Positions 1-12,559 of a stretch of 64,000 bases of DNA are shown here, one piece after another. This DNA is from Selaginella moellendorffii (lineage: Eukaryota; Plantae; Lycopodiophyta). The notes beneath the pieces are model-generated. The model made no database searches. It was not told where the DNA came from and saw only the letters and a program-made list of their open reading frames with translations. The DNA lies in contig NW_003314304.1 in the NCBI RefSeq assembly GCF_000143415.4, positions 1,050,047 to 1,114,046 on the forward strand. The letters are read 5' to 3'. Within the stretch, counting starts at the first letter, position 1; every line of letters begins with the position of its first letter. The translations under genes were made by a program, and so were the position numbers.

Positions 1-1499
1 ATTTGTGACAATTCTCAATAAAATTTATCAAACCTATACAACCATCTGTCTTGTTTAAATAAAAGTTGCATATAGGACACTAAAAATAATATATATCTAC
101 ATTAAGCTCCCCTGCCATATCTGGAGCAAGATTTTGAAGAAAATATTGATATCACTCTTGGAGCATTGGAGGCAATCCAATTCTTTTAACAACATTATAA
201 GGAAGGAATTTTTGTTCAGTTGCACTCGAGGTCGCAAATGAAAAGGAGGATTGTTGCGTAGAGGTGAAGGTGGATTATTGGTTGAGATTAGAGATGGAGG
301 TGAAGACTAATATGAAAGGCCTTGGGGACCAAAAGTAAACTTCTTCCTAACCATTGCAACACACAAGAAGAATTAAATTTCCCAGCAATAAGAATTCTCT
401 GATTAATATACTATATTTCAATCTCGAGAATGATATTTTATTATGACATGACAATATATTGAATCATAATTGTTAGTCTCAGTAATTTCAACCTACTATG
501 AGAGACAAGTGGCTATAGGGTTTCAGAAGCTAAAAGCTAGCATATAATTAATACGGAGCCTTATTTTATATAGCTGGGCTGCTATATATAATAATGGCGA
601 ATACACACAGGCACGCGAGTATGCCTTTTTGCAAGATTACCTTTCAATCCCAAAATCATATATAAATTTAACTCTTTGATTTGTCCACATCATATATACT
701 TACACTCTTTACAAAGACAAAACATATAAAAAGGAATAAGATATATATAAAAACTTACATTTTTATAATATTTTAGTGGATTACAAAAACCATTGAAAGG
801 TTTATAAAGTGGATTTATTAGTGCTTTCCACTGTGTTGTCCATTTCTTCTTTTCTCTTGCTTTGGATTATTGTTTCCGAAGTAATAGGAGCATTTTTAAC
901 AGGAGCATTTTTTTTTCAATAGTGACAGTGGTCTCCACATTCTCGGATGGGTAATAAAGACCAAGCGTGTAATATAGAGATTGTGGTAGTGAAACAAAAT
1001 TAACATTCTCACATTTCTGTATGCTAGAACTACTTATAGATTTTCTGTCTTCCTTGCTTCCCATCTCTGTAAACCCTAAAGAATGAACAAGTGAATCAGT
1101 GTTTCAAATTATTTATATATTTCTGGTCAATTGTTGAAATGTTAAAATGTTGAAATGTACAATAGAAATTTTAGGTTCATTTAAACTTCAATATTCCCAT
1201 TTTATTTGGGACCAATAAAGCCCAAAAATTTCTATGGGTTCAAACGAACTTCTAATTCTAAAAATAGTATTTTATTGTATAAATTGCATTAGAAAAATTC
1301 AAAAAATAGAAATTTCTCTTAACCATTGATACTTAAATTCATAAATTTCAAATTCACCAAAGAATAACATTTTTCTTACTTAATATTTCCTTATAAGACT
1401 TATGGTTGACTATGTTGACTAGCATTGACTTGAGCTGAATTGAGCTCAACTCGTGAGCTCAACTCAACTTTGGACCATCCCCTGGGCCTCCATCTTATA

Positions 1500-3140
1500 T
1501 TATTTTCCTTGACTATTCGTTAGTACCACAAGGTTCCTACCTTGTCTATGCAGGGCTACCACAAATCGATTGAACTAATCCATCCCGAAGATCACATCAA
1601 ATCCCACCATGTCCAATACAGTGAAATCCATATCTACTTTCTATATCCCTACTTCGACTCTTGCTTATCAAAGTACCTTATCGGCGCTTTAGCTACCTTG
1701 AACAAACTTTATAGTTCTTGGTTAGCCCAACTGTTGCATCGTTAGTCTAGCTTGCTAGACTATATTTGTAGCCACAAAATTATCCGAAACACTCGTGTCA
1801 ATAAAGATTTTAACAAAGCTACCTCTGAGCTTCCCTCGGAGGGCTAGTAGATGTTGTGAATGATTCTCTATTAAAGTTGTTTGTGTAATGAGTAACTTTG
1901 AGTTAGGGACTGGATCACATATCTCAATTTGGATTTCACCCAACTTAATGGCTATATTGACTCTAGCCTTTTTTGGGTAGGGATATTCTTTCGATACTTC
2001 ACCACAATTAAAGTATATGTTATTTCCCACGCTACTAGCTGACTTGACTTTCTTATTTGTGGGTTTGTCCCTTTTCGCTTGACTCCCCCACATATTTTCT
2101 CGGATCTACCTTTCTAAAACCTTAAGGACTCATTCTTAAAGAAACTCTTTTTGAACCATATATCCCTCTTAGTTTGGCCCCTTTGCTAAACGTGGATCTT
2201 GACCCTATTGTGTTCCCCTTTTGCAAGTTATCATTGAAATACACCTTAATAGTTGCATATAATGCTTCATTGTAATTGGTCGGGTTCCAACGCATCAGTT
2301 CACCTCGAGCCTAAGTCTGCAAGCCTGATATGAAGGCATGGAACACATCCATATCACCCATGTCCGTGACAAGTATCCTCTTTGCCATAAACGCATTCAT
2401 ATACTCTTGAATAGTTTTGGTCTGCTTTAGCCTACTTAGCTTATTTATTAGATGCAAAGTAGCATTCGGAGGAATCTAAGTCACATGGATCCTCGCCTTC
2501 ATCATTTCCAAGGTGGCCATCAGTCCTTCGTTGGCCTATATTGTTCTCCACTAATATTTAGCATTATTTTCTATGTATGGTTTTGCACATAGGATCTTCT
2601 TTGAGCTCAGTAATCGCAACATTCAAAAGTAATCCTCCATATCGTAAAACCAATCCTCCACCACTTTATAGTCATTCACTTTCTTGAAGACTAATGGGGG
2701 CTTTAGTTTGTACTTGGGAACTACTTAAGGGTTGGTTTGTTTGACCTTGTTCAGTTTTGTCTTAATCCCCACCAAAGAGTCCACACTTTCTGCATTGCTA
2801 GCATCTGGGGTCTTTTATTTTTTGTTCCACTTCTCATCACGCTTTAGCTTGCGTACGAGAGTCTTTAGCAGGGTATTGGTCTGTGCCAGTTGTCCTGCTA
2901 GAATGTCCAATCAAGCCTTGGATGACCGAACCTCACCACCAAACTCTTGTTTGAAAGTTTCTTCACTAGAGTCCTCCTCATGCAAGGATTCCTCATTCGT
3001 ATGTTCTTGTTCAACCAAAGGTTCTAGCTCTAGAGGAGGTTTCATCTTCGCCTTAGTTCTTTTACACTCTACCTTTGCCATCTCCTAGCAATTTGTCTCT
3101 ATCCTTCACTAGAACTAAGGAAAAGCTTTCAATACCAAAT
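1500..3140 (-). pseudogene. Decayed Ty3/gypsy gag-protease region
   Basis: Remnant zinc knuckle (YFNCGEVS) and protease-like LRGKLRGSFVKIFIDT in ORF 1755-2093; reverse-complement homolog of 52060-53640; Met-type PBS remnant (TGGTATTGAAAGC, - strand) next to an LTR end at ~3141. Confidence 0.75.
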
Positions 3141-3319
3141 TGTAAGCCATAAATGTTTTTCCTTTCTAATTTGCCAGTTTACCTCGTATATCCGACCAAC
3201 ATTGTTTTAGCCTTAGTTAAGTTCCCTCGCCAAGGTTTCCACCTATTGTACTAGCTCCTATTTGGTTTTACTTAGTTTTAGCTACTCACTACACAAGCAA
3301 TAGAGCATTAGCCATCCAT

Positions 3320-5650
3320 TTACGGATAGACAAAGCTCAATGAAAATGGCTTGCCCATAAGAAGGAATTATTTGCGATGGTTAAGGCACTCAAGGAGTGG
3401 CGAAACTACTTTGGGAGGTATTTCAAAATTTACAAGGATAATATGGCAACGAAACACTTTTTGTCATAGCCCAACCTAAGAGGAAAACAAGATCGGTGGG
3501 CCAATGCTTTGACTGAGTTCAATTGCGAGATTTTATATAAACTTGGGAAGAGTAATATTGTGGCGGATGCTCTAAGTCTAAAGGCAAGCTTAAAGTTGGC
3601 AATATTTAGTGTAACAACAACCTTTTGGGATGATGTGTAGACAACATATGAGAATGATGGTCTTGCACAAGAAGTGTTGCTAGGGAACCAAGAGGCACAG
3701 AATGCTCACAAGAGAAGTGAGCTGCCAACGGAAGAGAAAACAGGTTATGCAAAACACAATAAACTCATCTAATATAAACAAACGAGGGTGTATGTTCCAA
3801 AAGGGGAACTAAGGAAGGTAGCTTTAGAAGAGTGTCATGATGGACTTCTTGTGGGACATGACAGAGTGCTCAAGACGATGGGTTTGCTCAAGAGGAAATA
3901 TCACTGGCTAGACATAGCTAAAGACATCCAAGACTATGTAAAGACATATACAACATGTTAGTAGGTCAAAGCCGTAACTAAGGTTAGTGGCGGCTTGTTA
4001 CAAAGCATTCCAATTCCAAATCAACCATGGAAATGTCTTACAATGGACTTCATCACGGGATCCCCTCAAAGTGAGGGATTTGATGCAATATTCATAGTGG
4101 TGGATTGGTTTTCGAAGATGGCATATTTCATACCCACCATAATAGAAGTGGATGCAGAAGGTGTGGTAAAGTTGTTCTTCAAACAAGTGGTTCGAGTATA
4201 GGAAAGGTCAGAAGAGATTATCTCAAATCAAGATAAAATCTTCACTAATAGGTTCTGGAGAACTCTTCTAGAATAGTATCGCACCAAGTTGAAATTCAAC
4301 ACAGCCTATTACCCATAGACAGGTATTGGGTATTAAGTCAAATTTGATAGTAATAACACTTCTTGATAGATGAACAAACGAAAAAAGTGAATAGATAGCT
4401 AGAGGATTATCTGCGCTGTTATATCTCTAGAGACCAAACTGATTAGATAAGTCATTTGGGACTTGTGGAAATATGCTATAACAACTCACCACATTCGAGT
4501 ATCAGGGTGAGTCCATGGGAAGTCATCAATGGGTGAGTTATTGAAAGTCCTGTGGAACTCGGCATGGCCGAGTATCATGGCGAGTTACCTGCAATTGAGG
4601 CATTCATGGCAGAAAGACTCAATATTTGGAATCTAGTGAAGAATTCCTTGGAACAAGCTCAATAAAGGCAAACCAAGTATGTGAACCAAAAGCACTGGGA
4701 TATAGAGTTCCAACCTAGGGAGAGGTGTGGCTAAACACCAAGAACCTAAAGTTACTAAGTGGGATTAGTTGGAAGTTGATCCAAAGGTAAAAATGCATAT
4801 ATTATTGAAAATAAACTGATCTTGAGTTCTTTAAGTAAGTTCGTAGGGCCTTACGAGATTGAGGCATGAATTGGTAAAATGGCTTATTGCCTCTGACTTC
4901 CTCGAGAGATGGGAAAGATGCACTATGTGTTCCATGTGACTTTACTCAAGTTGTACTTTGAGGATCCACTTTGCAAGGATCAAGTAAGACCTTTACCTGA
5001 GGTTATCCAAGGGGAAGAGGAATACAAAGTTGATGCCATCCTCAATGTGCACAAGAGCAAATGATAAAGACACAAAGTGACGGAGCAAGTGACAAAAAGG
5101 TAAGGTGAAGGAGTTCCATGTGAAGTGAAAAGGATTTCCACACTATGAATTAACATGCGAACCAGAGGAGAACCTAGCGAACACACAAGATCTAGTGGAG
5201 GAATTTTTTGCAAGGTAAAACTCTATATACTTATGCAAAGTTCAATTAAAGCATCAATTTGTGAAATTGAGAAATGGCATATGATGGGACCCAAAGGTGT
5301 GCCAAAGGTAAGCTAATTACCATGGGTTAGCTAGGTCAATTAGGTGTAGGGAACTACACCTGACTCCCCGTGGGAATGTCAAATTCGTAGATATATTCTA
5401 TAGAGGTTGGGTTCAAATCCTAACCCTCTAGTAAAGCAAGGCTGAGTTCAAATCTCAACCCTATACTAGGGTGTGGTGAGGTGAGGGGTATAGGGACACC
5501 TATATTCTGTTGTCATGGGCTCTTGGTCAGGGAGGCTAATTTAGGCACACTACTAAGTGGGGGGATGCCCCTGGAGACATGGTCAATAAGTTGTAGGATT
5601 AAAAAGAGACATTTGATGTGGGCATCAAACTTTTTTTATGGGTGGTGGAG
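3320..5650 (+). pseudogene. Decayed Ty3/gypsy RNaseH-integrase-chromodomain region with PPT
   Basis: Integrase motif PWKCLTMDFITG..FIVVDWFSKMAYFIP; EEEYKVDAIL chromodomain start near 5015; purine tract GGGTGGTGGAG before TGTAAAG at 5652; paralogous to 58640-60890. Confidence 0.85.
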
Positions 5651-5974
5651 TTGTAAAGTACTAACTCCCCGAGGTGTTGTAGGCTAAAAGATCCTTGAAG
5701 GCATGACCGAAATGATAAAGAGTTCATTTGATAGGACTCTTTAAGGAAAGCCTTATACTGTTCCCAAGATCCCAAAGTCATTCCATTATTGGCCCTTTTC
5801 TATCGACCACCTCATTTATAAGTTCACACATGAACTGTAGTGGAGAGCCATGTCTTCCCGACTTGCTACTCCCCAAGGATAGGCCCACTCTTAGGACCTT
5901 CCGATACCAACACCAATGGTGATATACTTGAGCACCAATAAAAGTCAGACTAAAAAATAGCTCCGATACCAAAT

Positions 5975-7583
5975 TGTAAACGACTAATTTTTTCATTCTA
6001 CTTTAGTCATTTAACCACACCTCCGACCACTTGGAGGGGTCTCATTCACAACCTTTATAAGTTCAATTCAGGACTTGGGGCTTGCTAGCCTTGAGAATAG
6101 CATCCATGCCACTCAACCCTTGCACTTGGTCCAAGTGCTCCACATGTCCAATCCCATGACCAACACCCCAAAGTACCACCAATATACCAACCTGTTACGC
6201 TAAGGCCATGCTTATTCACCTTGGTCACACTGGTGGTCCAACACCACCTGCATCGCAATCCCATCTCTCAAAAACTGGGCCATCCGTCCATAAGTGACTA
6301 TCCTAGGTCCACTCCTTAACATCCTTAAGTTGCTCGCAGACATGGAGAACAACCTTCCCCAATATCCCTTTTACAGTCCCTACCAAGTCCCTTTTCTGTC
6401 CATGGCCGTGTTCGCCAATACTGCCTCTGGGACAAGGCCCACAAGCCCAACCACTAAGTCCCACTGTCCTCTGGGACTTCCTCACCAACATGACTATATC
6501 ATTGGTCCCTACACTAGAGGACTACTCCTCTTCCTTTCTATAGTCTGGGACTTTAGGACAACATTTCGGAACACTGTGGCATTACACGAGCCTCATATGT
6601 ACTCTCCCCACCTTCCACCTTTTGGTGCTCTAGCTATGGGCTTAGAGTGAGGTTCTATTGAGCCACGCTAGGTATCCAAGTAAGTAGTGCCACCTACACT
6701 TGGATTGGGAGCATCGGCCATTTGATCTCTCGGGGGAACTAGAGCCGGCTCTTGAACACTTCACCAAGCTATCCCACTTGTCAGTTTGTATTCACTCTAG
6801 CCTTGGACTTCCTAGTGGTTATCCCATTACCCAACACTTGGGTATAGCCTTCTTGGGCCAAACTGGCCTTTCCTGGCCAAATTGGCTCCACTAGAGTCCT
6901 CCCTTTACTATACTTTTGGAGCTCACCAAACCCCCCAGAGTCTGGGAGACGAACGCTTTGGGCTTTCACCCTCGGACTTGGACTCGGCCTCGGTCTTGGC
7001 CTCGATCTCGGCCTCGGTCTCGGTTCTGTTCCCGATCTTGGTCTCGGTCTCGACCTCGGACTTCATCACGGGTCCTTCTTGGACTCCATCTCGGATTCCA
7101 TCTCGGGTCCATCTCAGACTCCATCTCGGTCCATCTCAGACTCCATCTCGGGTCCATCTCGGACTCCATCTTGGGTCCATCTCAAGTCCATCTCGGACTC
7201 CATCTTAGGTCCATCTCGGACCCCATCTCGGGTCCATCTCAGACTCCATCTCAGGTCCATCTCAGACTCCATCTCAGGCCTATCTCGGACTCCATCTCAA
7301 ACTCCATCTCAGGTCCATCTTGGACTCCATCTTGGTCCATCTCCAACTCCATCTCGGACTTTTCCACGTGTTTTGTGTTGGTCCTCTTGTGTCCTTTTTC
7401 TAGAGACTCACTTATTGCTCGCTTTGTGGTTGTTCCTTGAGCATTTCATTGGGAGTTCCACTCCCGCTCTCGACTTTTCAAGTCGGAGCTTTTAGTCTGT
7501 TACGCTCGTTTGGCTTTCGCTTCGGACACTACCATGTGGCACACTTTCAACTCCACTTTGGGGCTTAGGGATTTGTGTCTTAC
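5975..7583 (-). mobile_element. LTR of family B with adjacent Met-type PBS
   Basis: TG..CA ends on the - strand, followed by ATTTGGTATCGGAG; 6000-6910 is the reverse complement of ~57040-57969. Confidence 0.7.
6975..7360. repeat. GGACTCCATCTC/GGGTCCATCTC minisatellite inside LTR
   Basis: Tandem 11-12-bp units; related arrays at 8470-8620, 50985-51220, 60975-61210. Confidence 0.9.
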
Positions 7584-7959
7584 ACTCGGGTGGTGCCACC
7601 CAAGGAAGTGCTCAAGAGTAGCTCCCACTCCCAAAAGGGAAATTGACTGTGGTGCTCCTAGCTCATGTGAAGTAATGCCCCACTTGAATACTGTGCGGCT
7701 CATTAGTCCTTGCCCCTTCCTAAGGGCTTGGGCCTTCCCTTCAAGATGGAAGTGGGGGAGTAAAGGTACCCATACTGAGCCGTTAGGCCATGGCGTTTCC
7801 CCTCAATGCCCCGAAGCAAGTGTTGCACCTAAGGCTTGGGATTTAGAGGGTCCCATGATCAAGTTTTGTTGTACTAAGGGATGTTAGAAACTTGGAGGTT
7901 TGGTGTGTTTGGCTATTTGTGCTTGCAGGGAATGTAGTCGAACCTTAACCCCATTAACC

Positions 7960-8858
7960 TTTGGGACTTCTGCACCATGTAATCATACTTTTGGTCACCT
8001 AGCAAGAGGACCACTTCTCTTTCTTTCCATGGTCTAGGACTTTGGAATAATATTTTGAAACACTGCAGCCCAATGCGAACTTTGTAGGTACTCCCCCCAC
8101 CTTCTGCCACTAGGGTGTCCCAGTTATGTGGCTAGAGTGAAGTTCCGATGAGCCAAACAAGATATCCAAATGGGTATGCCACATACGAGCATATGAGCAT
8201 ATGAGCATTGACCATTTGATGTCCTAGAGGAGTTAAAGCTAGCTCTTAAACACTTCACTAAATTACCCTACTTATCCATCCATATTCACTTTAGCTTTGG
8301 ACTCCTCAATGGTTATATCATCACCCACTACATAAGTGTAGCCTACTTTGGTTACATTGGCCTTTTTGACCAATGTGGTTCCACTAAAGTCCTCCCCCTA
8401 CTATCCTATAGGTACTCACCAAACCCCCTAGGGTTTGGGAGACAATTGGTTTGGGCTTTAACCCTTGGACGCGGATTCAAACTCAAACTCAGACTTGGAC
8501 TCGGACTAAGTCCTAGTCTCAGATTTAGACTCAGACTCAAACTCCATCTCAAACTTCATCTTAGACTCCATCTTGGACTCCTTCTCAGACTCTATCTCGG
8601 ACTCTATCTCGGACTCCGTCTCAACACTTCTATATGTCATGACACTTGCCATGTGTTGGTCCCTCTTGTGTCCCTTTCTAGAGACTTAGTTTATTAATAG
8701 TTTTGTACTTGTTCCTTAAGCACTTCATTGGGAGTTCCACTCCCACTCTCAACTTTCCGAGTCGAAGCTTTTAGTCCAAATGTGTTATGCTCCCTTTTGG
8801 CCACTACCATATGGCACCATTTTAGCCCCACTTTAGGGCTTAGGGATTTATGTGTTAC
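7960..8858 (-). mobile_element. Second, more diverged partial family B LTR
   Basis: Colinear with 6490-7583 and ends in the same GGGATTT(G/A)TGT..TTACA terminus. Confidence 0.65.
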
Positions 8859-11840
8859 AAATATATCTACAAAATGTAAAAATTGTCCCGAATACAATGG
8901 TGTTATTCCCACATCCAAATTCATAACCTAGCACTATTCCAAATTTAGTAAGTTTTTGGGATTGTCCTAAAGACTAACTTCTAGGATCGGGGTGAAAGCC
9001 CAAAGCATGCTTTCATATAGGGGGCTCTAAATGTATAGTAAAAATAATGGGTAGGTCAAGCATGGTCAACCAACATAAGACATACTCTACCTCTCTACTT
9101 GTGTGCTTATCCTTATTCTATGTCCAGCTTGGGTGTAAGCCTAGGCTTTATACTATATTAACTAGTGGAGTATTTATATCATTATGTTATACCACTAGTA
9201 TGCTAAAATAGTATTAAACTCCATTTGGCTCTATTTTGCTTATAAGTTCTAGTATTAAGATGTTGGATGTTCTAAAACTATTCTTATATCACTCTATGCT
9301 CCTATCCCTTTGCTCTTTAGATTGAATGCTTAGAAGTCATTCTATACTCCAATTCCTTCACTCATTAGTTATGTGCTCAAAAGTTTGGCTCCATCCCTTT
9401 GTTAAGTGCCCCAAAGCCTTGAAACTCATGTTTCACTTTGTTGCTCTTGGCCTATGTGTTTAAGAGTTAAAGTTTTGTTTCGTGGTTATTAGGGTAAAGA
9501 GTGAAAACCATGTATACTATATTAGTATTAGAGGATATGTCTTAGCAATACTATCCAATAATATTAGGCAATTAGTTTTGTTATATATGTAAAAATGAAA
9601 ATAATGATTCAAATGGGTATATATGTCCCTTGGGTATAAATTTTGGTTACCTTTTCCTACTATATTGTATAAGCTTTTGCTTGGGCTTATAAGATGGATT
9701 TGAGGCATACCATTTACATAAGTTTGCACTTAGGCTCATGAATAAGGCATATTAGCAACTTAAAGTTACATTTTGAGTTGGCAAGATTAATGTTAGTCTA
9801 TTGATGGTTTCTATGAGTTATTCCATATTATTATTGGTGAAAAATAAACCTCCCCTAGGTTTGCTATGAGTGGCGAATAAATTGGTCTAAAGCTATTTAG
9901 TACGGCACTAGTGGATCTTTCCTAGGATTGTAAAGATTAGTCTATTGGTTTAAGTAGTCATTACTATGCTCTTGCAAAAACTTGTCTTAGATTGGATTGA
10001 GGGCAATGCAAACATAAACTTGAGGTTTAGTCAAGTTTAGACTGAAAAGAGAGTGATCAAGGATGAAAGATCAAACACATAAATCATTTTTTTCTCTAAG
10101 AGATTATTTACAACAAAGTGTAATTTCATCAGTCATGTTCACATTATACAATCCTTTTGATGCATATTAGTTATAATGGTCTTACAAGTGGTGAATCGTG
10201 AGATGAATAGTGGTGAAGTGTTAAACCATTTTTTTTAGGTTTACTACTAGAGATTTGGGTTTTCTTTTATAGAGACTTTGATATTGCTCCTTGAGTAGTT
10301 TAGTGTTGAATTAGTTTTGAATTTTGTCATAAAGAAGAGTGGCATAAGCTTATCTATACTATGAACAATGTTGGTGGTGTTAGATATTGTAAATCTCTAT
10401 TGGTGGGGTGTGGCATTTATATTGCATTTTATCGAATAGAGTTGGCATTTGATACTCACGTAAACCTTTGAAATAATAATATGGGCTTGTTTATAATATT
10501 GCTTGATTAGTGATCAGGTCATTGTGATTTTTATATCATATCCATGTGATCATGACCAATGTATTTATAAAGTTGCTTGATCAAGTAATGATCAACCCCA
10601 AAGTGGTTGATGATGAAATTAGTCTATTTGTATGAAATAGCATTGTAGTAACTTTGACTAAATTCTTAATGATAATCCATTTTAAGCTAAGCTAATGTTA
10701 GTACCTTCGTTCCTTGAAAGTTTCCCTATTAAGGTTTTGGAAAGGTTGTAACATTCATTTACTATAGCTTAGTGGTGAATCTATTTACACTTAGAGTAGA
10801 TTGTTAGATAGAGAAGGTATATAATTGAGGTATTAATATTGCTAACACTTGTATTAGTGGAAATGGCATTGTTATTTTGAGTGATGAGAAGTTTCCCTTA
10901 GATTTTGAATTTTCATATTAATTTTCATATCAATTTTGTTGTTAGTGTTTAGTTTCATATTAAATCTTGAAGATGATTAAAGAAGAGTGTTAGTGCAATA
11001 TAAATATTTGAAAATATGGTCCTTATGATTGAGTCTTCATTTACAAATTATGAATGTCAGTATTTAATATATAGGGATATTGTTGGACACTTAAGCATGT
11101 TATTATGAACTAGTGAAGTGGTTGAAATTGACTTTAGTTAACTTAAACCTTAGTAGGTAATTTGTATTATGCCGCTGAAATGGCTGTTGACTTTTTGGGG
11201 CTAAAGCAATTCAGTTGGATAAAGTTTGGAGTTGGTGTAAAAAAGTGGTCATTGTGCTTTTCTAAAAAGGTGACTCTTATGCCTTTTTTTTTAACATCAT
11301 ACTTGATTGCAAGTTACATCTTGTATTTCGTTAAACTATATGAAAATAATAAGCTCTCATTGATCTTGATTTAGTCTTAATGGATTTGCATCTTGGCTAA
11401 AAATAGTGATGTTCAACTTAGTTGCTTGAGGTTGAAATGTTAGTACCTATATTATATAGCCTTGTTCATTAGAAAGTTGTATATTATATGAATCCATCTC
11501 ATAATCTTCACTTTAGTTTTAACTAAGTGTTGATAATGCATAACTAGCCTCTTTGGTTATGCTTGGAACTATTGACTATATGTGTTGGTGGGCTTATCAT
11601 TGTATGATTGAATTTTAGTACTCATTTTGTCCATACTTGTCCGTGATCCTTTATATTGTAATTAAGTGTTATGTTTCCATTGGACAAGTATAAAACTAAA
11701 TGAGAAGAGTTTTTTGCTTAGGTCTTATGAAGGTGAATTAAAGAGTGATTATTGGTTTCTTTGCAACTAGTGATTATTTGTAAACTTTGTTAAGGATGTT
11801 GACACTTGCTTCACTCAATAGTATTGATAATATTAAAGTA

Positions 11841-11864
11841 AAGCTCTATTTCATTAAAGTGGGA
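11841..11864 (+). repeat. Left TIR, copy 1
   Basis: 24 bp, one mismatch to the reverse complement of 24493-24516. Confidence 0.92.
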
Positions 11865-12559
11865 TTTATTCAGTAAAATGGGACTAGGTACAAATTTTCA
11901 AGTATTTGAAAATGACGTGAAATTATATGTTTTTTGTCGAGGGGCTAGACATATCTGGGGCATGGTGACTAGCGCGGTGACTTTGTGTCCAGATTGAGTC
12001 CATCTGGTTGTATAATAAATCTCATTGTCAAGGTGAACAAGCCGAATCTGAAGCTAAAGAAGAGCGATGGCATGCGCGCACACACTATTTGTTTGTTCAT
12101 TGAGCGTGTGGTGAGCTTTCCAAGATGAACGTCATTCCTATTAGCTAGACATATAACTTAATGGTGAGAACATTTAGATATTATTCAATGTTATCTTTTT
12201 CTAACGAATCTAATTGTGAAGGTGTAGCAAGAGGCATTGCTAGTCTGGAGAAGTCATTTAACTCATTTGACCCTTAGTGTATTTTCATGAAACTAAATAA
12301 CATTCATATTATTAAGGAATTTCTCTAGTACCTTTTTTTTACAACATAGAGGCTTGCATTTCTTTCAAAGGTGATTTAGTAAAAGGCCTGAGGGCACATG
12401 CCATTCTATTTCTCAGACCGGTATTAAGATATACTAGTGCAAAGGGAAAAAGGTATTTGGTGATCAAGTAAATGGCATGAGGGCACACGCCATTATAAGC
12501 CTAAGCGCTAGTGGACACCTCCTTTTTGGTGTCACGCCTCACGCCATCACGCCATGCCA

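Larger units (their letters stand above)
5652..7950 (+). mobile_element. Interrupted LTR of gypsy family A
   Basis: Starts TGTAAAG after the PPT like LTR 50900; 7584-7950 matches 51422-51790; the middle is replaced by an inverted family B piece. Confidence 0.65.

Noticed and set aside
800-1064. Possible host gene first exon (MGSKEDRK...)
   Set aside because: Short, apparently frameshifted at a homopolymer, no recognisable domain
6882-7495. Overlapping ORFs rich in SR/HL/DS repeats (also 8446, 50932-51376, 60967-61319)
   Set aside because: Artefacts of stop-free LTR minisatellites
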